This document shows positions 1 to 9,206 of a stretch of 26,547 nucleotides of DNA, piece by piece. Source of the stretch: an uncultured archaeon (GTDB lineage Archaea > Asgardarchaeota > Thorarchaeia > Thorarchaeales > Thorarchaeaceae); NCBI GenBank assembly GCA_964590575.1, contig CAZPWM010000039.1:1-26547 (forward strand), given 5' to 3'. The notes beneath the pieces are model-generated. The model ran no database searches and was not told the origin of the DNA. It saw only the letters and a program-made list of their open reading frames with translations. Position numbers and translations under genes: made by a program. Numbering within the stretch: the first letter of the stretch is position 1; each line of letters begins with the position of its first letter.

Positions 1-603
1 GAACAGGACATTGAAGCAGCATTCATTGAAAGTGAAGGTAACCCCCGAGAAGCGATACGATATCTAATTCACCGCTTGGAAGAAATTTTCTTCGATAAAA
101 AAGAGATACAAGTTGCCCCGCAGGAAGATTACGTCATAAAGCTTACTGCCACAGTGGTTTTGAATTCCATCGTGCAAGCACTCACTTTAGCTGCAAAGCC
201 ACTTGGAATTGAGGTTGAGCTTCAGGTGTCTGGAGCAGGATCGCAGAAACAGCAAGCTGCAATTCTCGAACTTACGAAAGAGGGGACAACCCATTATGTT
301 GGAATTGACCTCCCCAACGTGAAGGATTGGAATCGAAGTGGAGGTGTAGCTGCCTACTATTCAGCAAATCGTCTCAAGAAGGTACTTGATGCTGATGCTG
401 TAAAAGCTGCTGTAATTGCTGTACCAGCTCCTACAAAGGGTGCTAAGTTTGAAGCTCTCTTTGAGGAGATTGGAAGTAAGATGCTCACTCTCCGGCTCGA
501 TGAGGAGACCGCAACTCTGTTTGTCCGAGAGACAGGTGAAGGGATTCTCCCGCATGGATATGCAGAGTCCTTCACAGGACTTGTTGATGCGCTATTTGAC
601 TAG
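1..603 (+). CDS. Hypothetical protein, 5'-truncated by the window; possibly the C-terminal part of a P-loop/AAA-type ATPase
   Basis: Frame is open from base 1 (EQDIEAAFIESEGNPREAIRYLIHRLEEIFF...) to TAG at 601-603. 'SEGNPREAIRYL' resembles an AAA+ lid 'GNPR' motif (inference). The ORF-track start at 76 is internal. Confidence 0.6.
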   Translation, partial: EQDIEAAFIESEGNPREAIRYLIHRLEEIFFDKKEIQVAPQEDYVIKLTATVVLNSIVQALTLAAKPLGIEVELQVSGAGSQKQQAAILELTKEGTTHYVGIDLPNVKDWNRSGGVAAYYSANRLKKVLDADAVKAAVIAVPAPTKGAKFEALFEEIGSKMLTLRLDEETATLFVRETGEGILPHGYAESFTGLVDALFD

Positions 604-1700
604 TGATATCTTCTACGATAGTACCAAATGAAGAACAGAAAGACTCCGCCTCCTGCAGCTGCGAGTCCACCTATTCCTAAATAGTAGTTGAAAATATCTC
701 TCTGAAGTTCTCTATATTCTATCCACGGGTCTGTGAACGACAACCTCAAGGAGACCATATCGTCCGGATTTTCTTCGAGGAGGTCAGGTTCATAGTTTAA
801 CTCCTCATTTTCAAAGGTATCGAAGAATATGTACAGATCAGGTTTCCAGTAACCTAAATCTATCCAAAAGTTATACCGATGTCCACTCTCACAAGTGAAC
901 ACACCGCTACAAGAATAATTAGAGAAAGTCCAAAGATAGAGAACCTCCTTGTCTTCCTGCCCATAATCCTCGAAATCAATAATGAACGCTGTCAATGATG
1001 GATAGGGTTCAACATACGGTAAACCAAGAATACCTACGAATAAGTCTGTGGTGTTACCTTTGTTGTAGATCATGAAGTATAGTTCATCGGTCGTGCTATA
1101 GGGAATGTGCTCCACAACAATTCTAGAGTTTCCACTACTAGTAAAACGAAAGAGGTAGGGATTGGTGCTATGGAAATATGTGATTGAGAGTGTGTTGGCT
1201 TGAGGGTCAATAATATCATCAATATCAAACATTGATGTGTATTGAAAATCGATACTATCTGGTGATGAAAAAGTAATGTTATACACAGCATCATCCACAG
1301 GGTCGAGGTTTGTCACTGCCACAACATACTTGTCGTTACTCAACGCATTGAAATTCAATCGACACGTGTAGTTGTCATTCGTTCCACAACTAGCAAGCGC
1401 TCCAGTGTTGTATGAATAGTCGTCATAGTTGAATACGTCGATAACAATCTGAGGCCATCCTGTGGCACCTACAAATTCGAGGACTGTTGCATTTACATCT
1501 AATGACACTATACCTGGACCTCTATACCAGAGGACATAGTACTGAGACGTGCCAGCATTGATACCCTCTAATTCATAATCGATTATCGTGATGCTAGATG
1601 CTTCAACAACAGATACGCTGGTCACTCCAAGTAAACTAAGAACCAATGATAAGGCGAGTAAGATTGTGAAAATACTCTTAGTTTGGAAAACCATATTCAA
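600..1700 (-). CDS. Secreted, C-terminally membrane-anchored hypothetical (cell-surface) protein
   Basis: 366-aa ORF. N-terminal signal peptide (KSIFTILLALSLVLSLLGV...VEA-S), Tyr/Asn/Asp-rich body with N-x-S/T sequons, C-terminal TM helix followed by a basic tail (YYRRRYH). Start is TTG 1700 or ATG 1694. Confidence 0.8.
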   Translation of the reverse strand: MNMVFQTKSIFTILLALSLVLSLLGVTSVSVVEASSITIIDYELEGINAGTSQYYVLWYRGPGIVSLDVNATVLEFVGATGWPQIVIDVFNYDDYSYNTGALASCGTNDNYTCRLNFNALSNDKYVVAVTNLDPVDDAVYNITFSSPDSIDFQYTSMFDIDDIIDPQANTLSITYFHSTNPYLFRFTSSGNSRIVVEHIPYSTTDELYFMIYNKGNTTDLFVGILGLPYVEPYPSLTAFIIDFEDYGQEDKEVLYLWTFSNYSCSGVFTCESGHRYNFWIDLGYWKPDLYIFFDTFENEELNYEPDLLEENPDDMVSLRLSFTDPWIEYRELQRDIFNYYLGIGGLAAAGGGVFLFFIWYYRRRYH

Positions 1701-1720
1701 TCAACAGGAAAAACCACCAT

Positions 1721-2302
1721 TTAGGCATTGAGTACATCACTATCAGGTTCAGATGTTCCTTCTTCAGATTCCTTTTCCTCGTTCTTCTGAGGTAGGAACT
1801 CAGGGATGATCATTATTACGAGCAGTAGAATAATTACTACTGGTAAGACACCAGGCGTCTGTAGGAACAGAGTAATATTTCCTATCCATGGGATTGCGAA
1901 TACAACCACGCCTATAATTCTATCATAAGTGATAGGTACAGGATCTGGGTTAGCATTATTATCCCCTTGTAGAGTGTACCAATATTCTCCGCCAATATAT
2001 TCTCGTTGGACAACTCTGTGTACTACTGGTGCAGTATAATGCCATGTAGCATTGTAGACAACAATGTCTCCAACATTGATATCTTCAGGCGCCTGTGACT
2101 GTAAAACAAGGAGATGGCCTATTTCGAAAGTGGGTGACATCGAGGTACTAGTCACAACGACAAGAGGCGATGAGGTCCCCATTGCAAGTGTGAAAACTCC
2201 ATAACCGGTAAGCGTGACTCCTATGATGAGCACAATGAAGAACCCTGTTTTTCCATACTCAGGCCATTTGTTCCATTTGAGTTTCTGACGAATCTTCTCC
2301 AA
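1721..2302 (-). CDS. Signal peptidase I, archaeal Sec11/SipW type (S26B)
   Basis: N-terminal TM, catalytic Ser in VVTSTSMSP, GDIVVY, VVHRV (His), GDNN..PDP, second TM near the C-terminus. Confidence 0.92.
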   Translation of the reverse strand: MEKIRQKLKWNKWPEYGKTGFFIVLIIGVTLTGYGVFTLAMGTSSPLVVVTSTSMSPTFEIGHLLVLQSQAPEDINVGDIVVYNATWHYTAPVVHRVVQREYIGGEYWYTLQGDNNANPDPVPITYDRIIGVVVFAIPWIGNITLFLQTPGVLPVVIILLLVIMIIPEFLPQKNEEKESEEGTSEPDSDVLNA

Positions 2303-2359
2303 GGTTCTTTCGCCTATTGGGTTCTGGATTTCAGTTCTTTAATAAAAGTGACTAACGCT

Positions 2360-2854
2360 TCAAGACCATCTCTTTGCAACATTCCCGATTAGACCAAGAA
2401 CATCTACCGCCTCACCCTTCAAGTCCGGCTTCCAGTTTCGAACCTCCCGTACATGGTCCGCACCCGCATTAGCAATCAGGAATCGTTCTAGGATTCGGAG
2501 ATTTTGCTCATCCATCTCTGCGGCTTTCATTGCATCCCTCCCGGAGGGAAAACCCCCCTTTGGTGTTTCTGATGTAGCATTGATGTACCAGTAGTTTCTG
2601 ATTATCTTGACTGCGATAACTCGTGCGGGGCATGTTTGTATCTTCTCTTCGAATACTATAGTATCACCAGTTCGGATCTCGCTACCAGCAGGGCGAACCT
2701 CTCCATCCATATCGATGATACGTTCATTATATTCGTACAATATCTTAGTCGCTGCTTTCCTCAGAACTTCAAGTGAAGTGTCAACGACTATTCCTTCTTC
2801 TACATCTAATGATTCACAGTGTTCGTCCATAGCGATTCTATATTGGATTTGCAT
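2360..2854 (-). CDS. Hypothetical protein; N-terminal ~70 aa may be a ThiS/MoaD-like beta-grasp domain
   Basis: 164-aa ATG ORF filling the gap, co-directional with the signal peptidase. The fold guess rests on 'MQIQY...SLDVEEGIVV.TSLEVL...IIDMDGE...IRTGDTIVF'. Confidence 0.7.
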   Translation of the reverse strand: MQIQYRIAMDEHCESLDVEEGIVVDTSLEVLRKAATKILYEYNERIIDMDGEVRPAGSEIRTGDTIVFEEKIQTCPARVIAVKIIRNYWYINATSETPKGGFPSGRDAMKAAEMDEQNLRILERFLIANAGADHVREVRNWKPDLKGEAVDVLGLIGNVAKRWS

Positions 2855-2941
2855 CAGTTTAATCTTTGCCTGTTGAGGGAACTGCTATTATTACCTCACT
2901 TCTTAAAAGCCACCTATCTAGATTCTTTTGTGAGCTCTGAG

Positions 2942-4321
2942 ATGAGAATAAGAACAATAAAATCCGAAGGAATTGCAGCACTCTCATATTTCGTTAGTTC
3001 AAGAAACGAAGCAATGGTCGTTGACCCTCGAAGAGATGCTGAGATTTACAAACATCTTGCTGATGAAGAGAATGTAGAGATTACCCACATTTTTGAAACA
3101 CACAGAAACGAAGACTATGTCACGGGGTCTCTCGAACTGAAGAACATGATTCCTGATGTTCGAATAGGACATTCGAATCAGACGAAATTCCAATATGGAG
3201 ATGATAATCTAGCAGATGATGACGCTTTCACTATAGGGGACATGAGCATCACGTGCCTTTACACACCTGGTCACACTGAAGATAGCATGTGTTATGTTAC
3301 TACTGACCGTTCTGTAGGACCTACTCCAATTGCAGCATTTACCGGAGATACATTGTTCGTGAATGAAGTAGGCAGGACAGACTTAGTTGACATAAAGAAA
3401 CATGAGGAGATGTCAAGAAAGCTTTACAATAGTCTTTATGAAAAACTACTCCCAATAGGTGATAAGGTTGTCATTCATCCCGCTCATGGTGCCGGATCAG
3501 TCTGTGGAGGGGATATCGGAGAACGAGAATCTTCAACAATAGGCTTTGAGAAGGCAAACAATATCTGGCTAAGTATGAGCGAGAATGAATTTGTCGAATC
3601 TAAAGTTCGTCAGCGTCTCACACTTGCTTCATATTTCAAACATTGTGAACATCTGAATACAATTGGTCCTCCTATTATTGCAGACCTTCCTAAGCCTCCC
3701 GAGCTTGATATTGAAACCTTTTGTAAAATAATACAGGATGAAACACATCGTGCCATTGACACTCGCCCTTCAGCTGAGTTTTTGGATAGTCATATACCTC
3801 GCTCGATTAGCTTAAGTATCACGAATATGGGGTTGCTGGCTGGTTTGGCATTGAGACCTAACCAGACTTTCTCCATCATTCTTCGAGATGATGTTAATGA
3901 TTTGGTACTAGCGTCTACAATGCTACATCGGATAGGTTACGACAAGATTCTAGGATTTTTGAGAAATGGACTAGACCAATGGATCTCAAATGGTCACGCA
4001 ACGGATTCCATAGATGTTTTATCACTCGATGAATTTGGTGCCAAGCAGACACGACGTGAGGTTATTGTGATTGACGTTCGCGAAACTCACGAGTATGACA
4101 AAGCACGAATTGAAGATTCAATATCATTACCTCTGACTGGACTGGAAGAAACCTCAAAGAGATTTGTGCCTGATGGACCAGTGGTAACGATATGTCCAAG
4201 TGGTTTTAGAAGCGCAACAGCTGCAAGCATTATCAAGCATCACGGTGTGGATGACATTTCAGTAAACTTGGAAGGGTTGAAAACCTGGAGAGATTATGAT
4301 TATCCTCTTGAAGAGGATTGA
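2942..4321 (+). CDS. MBL-fold metallo-hydrolase fused to two rhodanese domains (persulfide dioxygenase/sulfurtransferase-like)
   Basis: VVDPRRD, ETHRNEDY, TPGHT, FTGDTLF..GRTDL, HPAHGAGSVCG; rhodanese motifs IDTR..HIP and IDVR..ICPSGFRS. The likely start is ATG 2942 (MRIRTI), since the longer 2819 start overlaps the divergent gene. Confidence 0.92.
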   Translation: MRIRTIKSEGIAALSYFVSSRNEAMVVDPRRDAEIYKHLADEENVEITHIFETHRNEDYVTGSLELKNMIPDVRIGHSNQTKFQYGDDNLADDDAFTIGDMSITCLYTPGHTEDSMCYVTTDRSVGPTPIAAFTGDTLFVNEVGRTDLVDIKKHEEMSRKLYNSLYEKLLPIGDKVVIHPAHGAGSVCGGDIGERESSTIGFEKANNIWLSMSENEFVESKVRQRLTLASYFKHCEHLNTIGPPIIADLPKPPELDIETFCKIIQDETHRAIDTRPSAEFLDSHIPRSISLSITNMGLLAGLALRPNQTFSIILRDDVNDLVLASTMLHRIGYDKILGFLRNGLDQWISNGHATDSIDVLSLDEFGAKQTRREVIVIDVRETHEYDKARIEDSISLPLTGLEETSKRFVPDGPVVTICPSGFRSATAASIIKHHGVDDISVNLEGLKTWRDYDYPLEED

Positions 4322-4342
4322 ATCTGATAGGAGTGAATGTAA

Positions 4343-5929
4343 TTGTTTTGGGAAAGACCAACAGGTCGGTCTGATGTAATCGCTTGTAATGGAGTAGTGG
4401 CCTCATCTCAACCCTTAGCCACGCAAGCTGGATTAGAGATTATCAGGAAGGGTGGTAATGCTGTGGATGCAGCAGTTGCGACAGCTGCGGTCCTGGATGT
4501 AGTTGAACCCTTCAGCACTGGTTGTGGCGGTGATGCATTCACACTGATTCATCTATCTGGAAGGTCTCAACCCTTAAGCTATAACGGTTCAGGTAGGTCT
4601 GGGTCGCTTGTTTCTCTGCAGGAACTTCTTGACCTGGGATGGACAGATATACCAGCTCGCGGTGGTCCACCAGTCACTGTTCCAGGTGCGCTTCATCTAT
4701 GGTGTCATGTCATCGAGAAACATGGTTCGCTTGAAATGAAGGAAATACTTGCTCCTGCAATCCACTATGCAAGGAATGGATTCCCAGTTTCCCCTCTCAT
4801 TGGTCAGGGTTGGAAAAGGACTATTGAGGTTCTCAAAAACGATGCTGCTCGCAAGATATATGCCCCCAATGGAAAAGCCCCTAGTATTGGCCAGATTATG
4901 AATAACATAGACCTCGCCATTACCTTCGATAGAATTGTAGAAGAGGGTTCAGATGCATTCTATACAGGTCGAATTGCTGAATCTATTGTAGACACTGTAC
5001 AAGAGCATGGGGGTTTCTTAACATTGGAAGACTTAGCAGCCCACAAGACAGAAGAAACCAAACCAATTTCTGTTTCATATCGAGGAATTGATGTCTTTGA
5101 ACATCCGCCCAATGGTCAAGGATTTGCTGCACTCGCAATGTTGAATATTATGGAGACCTTTGACTTTTCCAAATTCACTTCCTTGAGTACAGAAAGATAT
5201 CACCTGATGATCGAGGCTAAGAAATTAGCCTATGCTGACCTTCACCAGCATAATGCTGATCCTGAGTTCTATAATGTGCCTCTGGAAAAACTACTTGCTA
5301 AATCATATGCAAAGGAGCGAGCTAAGACTATTGATATGCATCGCGCCATGAATGTCTATGCTTCGGGTTTCAAACTAGGTCATGATACTGTCTATCTCGC
5401 TACAGCTGATGGTGATGGAAATGCGGTGTCTTTCATCAACAGTCTCTATATGGGCATAGGCAGTGGTCTTGTTGCTCCTGGAACTGGAATCAAACTCCAG
5501 AACAGGGGTCATTTATTCTCTCTCGACCCCGAGCATCCAAACTCCTATGCACCTAGGAAACTACCATTTCACACCATTATCCCTGGTGCGCTCTACCAGA
5601 ACAAAATGCTGATGGGTGTGTTTGGAATCATGGGTGGATCACACCAAGCACAGGCTCATGCTCAATTCGTTAGTAATGTGATTGACTATGGAATGAGTCC
5701 ACAAGAAGCGCTTGATTATCCCCGATTCGACCATGACCATGAAACGAACAAGGTCGGATTGGAAAATGGTATTCCATCTCAAATACAAGGTGAACTTCGA
5801 AAACGTGGCCATGGTTTCATTCACGAAACCACCTCTTATTTTGGAGGCGGCCAAGCAATTCTCAGGCTCGACGATGCTTGGATTGCAGGCTCTGATTACC
5901 GTAAGGATGGGCAAGCTGCCGGCTTCTAA
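4343..5929 (+). CDS. ggt: Gamma-glutamyltransferase family protein (no signal peptide, cytoplasmic)
   Basis: GGNAVDAAVA, EPFSTGCGGDAF, VTVPG, PPNGQG, nucleophile Thr in HDTVYLATAD, PFHTIIP, GIMGG..Q.Q, SDYRKDG. SD-like GGAGTGA just upstream of TTG. Confidence 0.95.
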   Translation: MFWERPTGRSDVIACNGVVASSQPLATQAGLEIIRKGGNAVDAAVATAAVLDVVEPFSTGCGGDAFTLIHLSGRSQPLSYNGSGRSGSLVSLQELLDLGWTDIPARGGPPVTVPGALHLWCHVIEKHGSLEMKEILAPAIHYARNGFPVSPLIGQGWKRTIEVLKNDAARKIYAPNGKAPSIGQIMNNIDLAITFDRIVEEGSDAFYTGRIAESIVDTVQEHGGFLTLEDLAAHKTEETKPISVSYRGIDVFEHPPNGQGFAALAMLNIMETFDFSKFTSLSTERYHLMIEAKKLAYADLHQHNADPEFYNVPLEKLLAKSYAKERAKTIDMHRAMNVYASGFKLGHDTVYLATADGDGNAVSFINSLYMGIGSGLVAPGTGIKLQNRGHLFSLDPEHPNSYAPRKLPFHTIIPGALYQNKMLMGVFGIMGGSHQAQAHAQFVSNVIDYGMSPQEALDYPRFDHDHETNKVGLENGIPSQIQGELRKRGHGFIHETTSYFGGGQAILRLDDAWIAGSDYRKDGQAAGF

Positions 5930-5966
5930 TAGTCTATTAAGTTGCTAAATATATCATGAAAAAGCG

Positions 5967-7433
5967 GTGAGGTTTATGAATCCAGACGAATCACAATATC
6001 GAGAAGAGAGTGACCTACTAGGGACAAGACTGGTTCCCAAGGATGCCTATTGGGGAATCCAGACGCTACGCGCTCAGGAGAACTTTGGTGTTTCTCTCGT
6101 TCGTCTGTATAACTACTCGACATTAGTTCAGGCTATGGCAATGGTAAAGAAAGCATGTACCCAAGCTAGCCAAGATTTAGACCATATCAACTCAGAATAT
6201 GCTGAAGCAATTATCCAAGCCTGTGACGAGATTATAGCAGGTGGGCTCGAGGATCAATTTGATGTTGATATGCTTCAGGGAGGTGCAGGGACCTCTACTA
6301 ATATGTGTGTTAACGAAGTCATAGCATCTCGCGCTAATGAGATTATAGGCGAACCACGAAATACTATGAGCCCAATTTCCGCGAATGATCATGTCAATCT
6401 CTCGCAGTCAACAAATGATGTCTACCCCACTGCAATTAAAATTGCATCAATCTATGGTCTCCGAGACCTCTCCGTTAATCTTCAGGGATTGATAGATGCA
6501 CTTGATGAGAATGCTAGTGAATTCAAAGATATTCTTAAACTAGGTAGAACCGAAATGCAAGATGCGGTCCCTATCACTTTAGGTCAGGAGTTTGGTGCAT
6601 GGTCTGGTGCGTTAAAGCGAGACCTTCAGAGGCTTGAATGGGCGATTGATATTCTGGAGACTCACAATATAGGTGCAACAGCGATTGGCACCTCTCTCAA
6701 TGCAGATCCGGAGTATATCGAGCTTGCAGAAAAACATCTTCGAGAGGTTACAGGACTAGAAGGGCTCGTAACTTCTGAAAATCTAATTGATGACACTCAA
6801 AATGCCGATGAGTTCGTTCATGCTTCAGGTCTTCTAAGAGTTATGGCAACAAATCTCTCGAAAATCTCTGGAGACCTCATTCTACTATCTTCCGGACCTA
6901 TAGGTGGATTTCATGAGATTATACTACCCCCAGTTCAACCTGGTTCTTCAATCATGCCTGGAAAAGTGAATCCCGTTATTCCAGAGATGATTACGCAAGT
7001 CGCTTTTCAAGTGATGGGCCATGACCTCATCATATCAATCGCTGCACAATCCGGTCAACTTGAACTCAATGCATTCGAACCTTTAATAGCCTACTACTTC
7101 TTCCAAGCGTTGATGATCCTGAAAAATGCAATTCTAATATTCACAGAGACATGCATCAAAGGTATTAGACACAATGCTTCTGGATTGGATGTAGTTCACA
7201 AAAGTATTGGTCTGGTTACAGCGCTCAATCCCATAATCGGATACAAGGCGGCATCACGAGTGGCAAAGATAGCATTGGATACAGGTCGTCCAATTAGAGA
7301 GATAGTCTTAGAGGAAGGCCTCCTAGATGCAGAATGGTTGGATGTAATTCTCTCTCCGAAACGGATGACTCAAGCTGGTATCTTTGGTCATGAACATAAG
7401 ACGACAAAGGAACGCCATGACCTCAAGAAGTAA
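5967..7433 (+). CDS. aspA: Aspartate ammonia-lyase (fumarate lyase superfamily)
   Basis: YWGIQTLRA.ENF, QGGAGTSTNM, HVNLSQSTNDVYPTA, GRTEMQDAVP, signature GSSIMPGKVNP, GQLELNAFEP. The start may be ATG 5976 (GGTGAGG upstream). Confidence 0.9.
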   Translation: MRFMNPDESQYREESDLLGTRLVPKDAYWGIQTLRAQENFGVSLVRLYNYSTLVQAMAMVKKACTQASQDLDHINSEYAEAIIQACDEIIAGGLEDQFDVDMLQGGAGTSTNMCVNEVIASRANEIIGEPRNTMSPISANDHVNLSQSTNDVYPTAIKIASIYGLRDLSVNLQGLIDALDENASEFKDILKLGRTEMQDAVPITLGQEFGAWSGALKRDLQRLEWAIDILETHNIGATAIGTSLNADPEYIELAEKHLREVTGLEGLVTSENLIDDTQNADEFVHASGLLRVMATNLSKISGDLILLSSGPIGGFHEIILPPVQPGSSIMPGKVNPVIPEMITQVAFQVMGHDLIISIAAQSGQLELNAFEPLIAYYFFQALMILKNAILIFTETCIKGIRHNASGLDVVHKSIGLVTALNPIIGYKAASRVAKIALDTGRPIREIVLEEGLLDAEWLDVILSPKRMTQAGIFGHEHKTTKERHDLKK

Positions 7434-7471
7434 ACCGCTATTTTACAGGAGCTGTTCAAATTCAATATGTA

Positions 7472-9097
7472 TCAAGTATCCATGATAACGTCATATGCTA
7501 TATTATCAGCATGGTCGCTGATTCTCTCTAGATTTCTTATAGTTTCAACAAAGACTGTATCAGCTTGAGGATCACACACACCTGTCCTGACACGCTCAAC
7601 GTGGGACGCCTTCAGTTTCCTCTCAAGAATATCGACCTTATCCTCAAGTTGCTCTGCAACCTTTGCCAAGTTCTTGTTCTTTGTTTTGAGAGCATTGACT
7701 GCGGTTGAATATGTTTCCTCCACGAGGTCAAACATTTGATTTAGATCCCTAACCCCTCCTTGAGAGAATGCCACTCCATCCTTCAATGTATCAATCACGA
7801 ATTCAGCAATATTGGATGCCAGGTCTCCGACTCGTTCGATATCTGTAAGAATTGCTAACAACTTAATTCTCCAGATTGCATCCTCATGATTGAGCTCCTC
7901 TTCTCTGATTTTGTCAATAAAATCCTCAGTGCTTCGACAAGCCTCGTCAACTTCATCCTCGAGTTGTAGGACTTTTCTCGCATCATCGAGATTTACTGTA
8001 ATAAGCGCTTTCCTACTGAGTACAATCATCTCAATTGTCTTCTCAGCAGTCCGAAGTGCTTCTCTCTCGGATTCAAGAAGGGCAGCCTGAGGCAGGTGGA
8101 GCATCTCATCATCGAAGAAGTGTTTACCAATGACCTCTCCTTCCTTGTCAGGTATTATCTTCTCACATAATCTGACTAGAAGGCCAACGAGAGGGATAAA
8201 GATCAAGCTCACAATCACATTGAATATTGTGTGTGCATTAGCAATCTGACGGGGAATATTAAATGGGTCTGGATCCGTTAATACAATCAAGTCTGTAAAA
8301 GGACCTAAGAAAGGCAGAAAAATGGCAACTCCTACGACATTGATGATTGTTTGAGCGATTGCAGTACGTTTAGCAGGTGCTGTAGCTCCTATTCCCGCGA
8401 ACAGCTCTAGAAAACAGGTCCCTATATTCGCGCCCATCACAAGAGCGATACCCGGACCTAAGTCGATTGCGCCTACTGCACCCATAGCAATAACCAAGCT
8501 AGTTGTAGCAGAGCTACTCTGCGTCACTCCTGCGATTAGTGCACCAATGAGAATACCAACTATGGGGATTGCTCCGTAATCATTGATGAGATTTCTAAAT
8601 ACCGGATAATCTGACGTGAGCGGCATAGCTCCTTGCTTCATGAAATCCATTGCTAGGAAGAGAAGTCCAAGACTGAAAATCACAGTACCAATCAGTTGTA
8701 GCTTTTCATTCTTCGAAAACATCTTCATGAAAAACCCAATGGCAACCAGTGGCCAGAACATAGCACCAATATTAAATGAAACGAGTTGAGCGGTTACAGT
8801 AGTTCCAATCTCAGAACCAAGCATGACATTAACAGATTGTCGGAAGGTCATCATACCAGCATTTACGAAACCAATCAATGTCAAAACGGTGATACTTGAG
8901 CTCTGAGTCATAAATGTCGCAGCAGTCCCCGCGGCCATTCCCTTAACAGGATTATTGCTAACTTTTTCTAGGATTCGTACAACTCTTTTCCCTGATATCT
9001 TCCCAAGCGTTTCTCTGAGAAGAGTCACACCGTACATAAACAGGGCAAGCCCACCGATGATGTTGAAAGCGATTTCCAGTTCTTTCCACATAGCCAA
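7472..9097 (-). CDS. Na+/phosphate cotransporter family protein with C-terminal PhoU domains
   Basis: Two QSSS repeats (TQSSSITV, TQSSSATT), GSEIGTT/GANIGT, QIANAHTIFN, PhoU motifs DIERVGD and NLERISDHA. Confidence 0.93.
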   Translation of the reverse strand: MAMWKELEIAFNIIGGLALFMYGVTLLRETLGKISGKRVVRILEKVSNNPVKGMAAGTAATFMTQSSSITVLTLIGFVNAGMMTFRQSVNVMLGSEIGTTVTAQLVSFNIGAMFWPLVAIGFFMKMFSKNEKLQLIGTVIFSLGLLFLAMDFMKQGAMPLTSDYPVFRNLINDYGAIPIVGILIGALIAGVTQSSSATTSLVIAMGAVGAIDLGPGIALVMGANIGTCFLELFAGIGATAPAKRTAIAQTIINVVGVAIFLPFLGPFTDLIVLTDPDPFNIPRQIANAHTIFNVIVSLIFIPLVGLLVRLCEKIIPDKEGEVIGKHFFDDEMLHLPQAALLESEREALRTAEKTIEMIVLSRKALITVNLDDARKVLQLEDEVDEACRSTEDFIDKIREEELNHEDAIWRIKLLAILTDIERVGDLASNIAEFVIDTLKDGVAFSQGGVRDLNQMFDLVEETYSTAVNALKTKNKNLAKVAEQLEDKVDILERKLKASHVERVRTGVCDPQADTVFVETIRNLERISDHADNIAYDVIMDT

Positions 9098-9159
9098 CGG
9101 GAAACCACCCGTCTTAATGCTGCATATGAATCTTGTGAGTCAAAAAAGCCACAAGATCG

Positions 9160-9190
9160 AAAAAAGAAACTCCGGGAATGAATCCCGGAG
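9160..9190 (-). terminator. Hairpin plus U-tract terminator after the NIF3 gene
   Basis: Minus strand reads CTCCGGGA-ttcat-TCCCGGAG (8-bp perfect stem, 9190-9170) followed immediately by TTTCTTTTTT, 16 nt after the stop codon. Confidence 0.75.
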
Positions 9191-9206
9191 CGCATACTTT
9201 CTTCAA

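Noticed and set aside
2819-2941. N-terminal extension of the MBL ORF given in the ORF track
   Set aside because: It overlaps the divergent gene's start and promoter region. The family-like sequence begins at ATG 2942.
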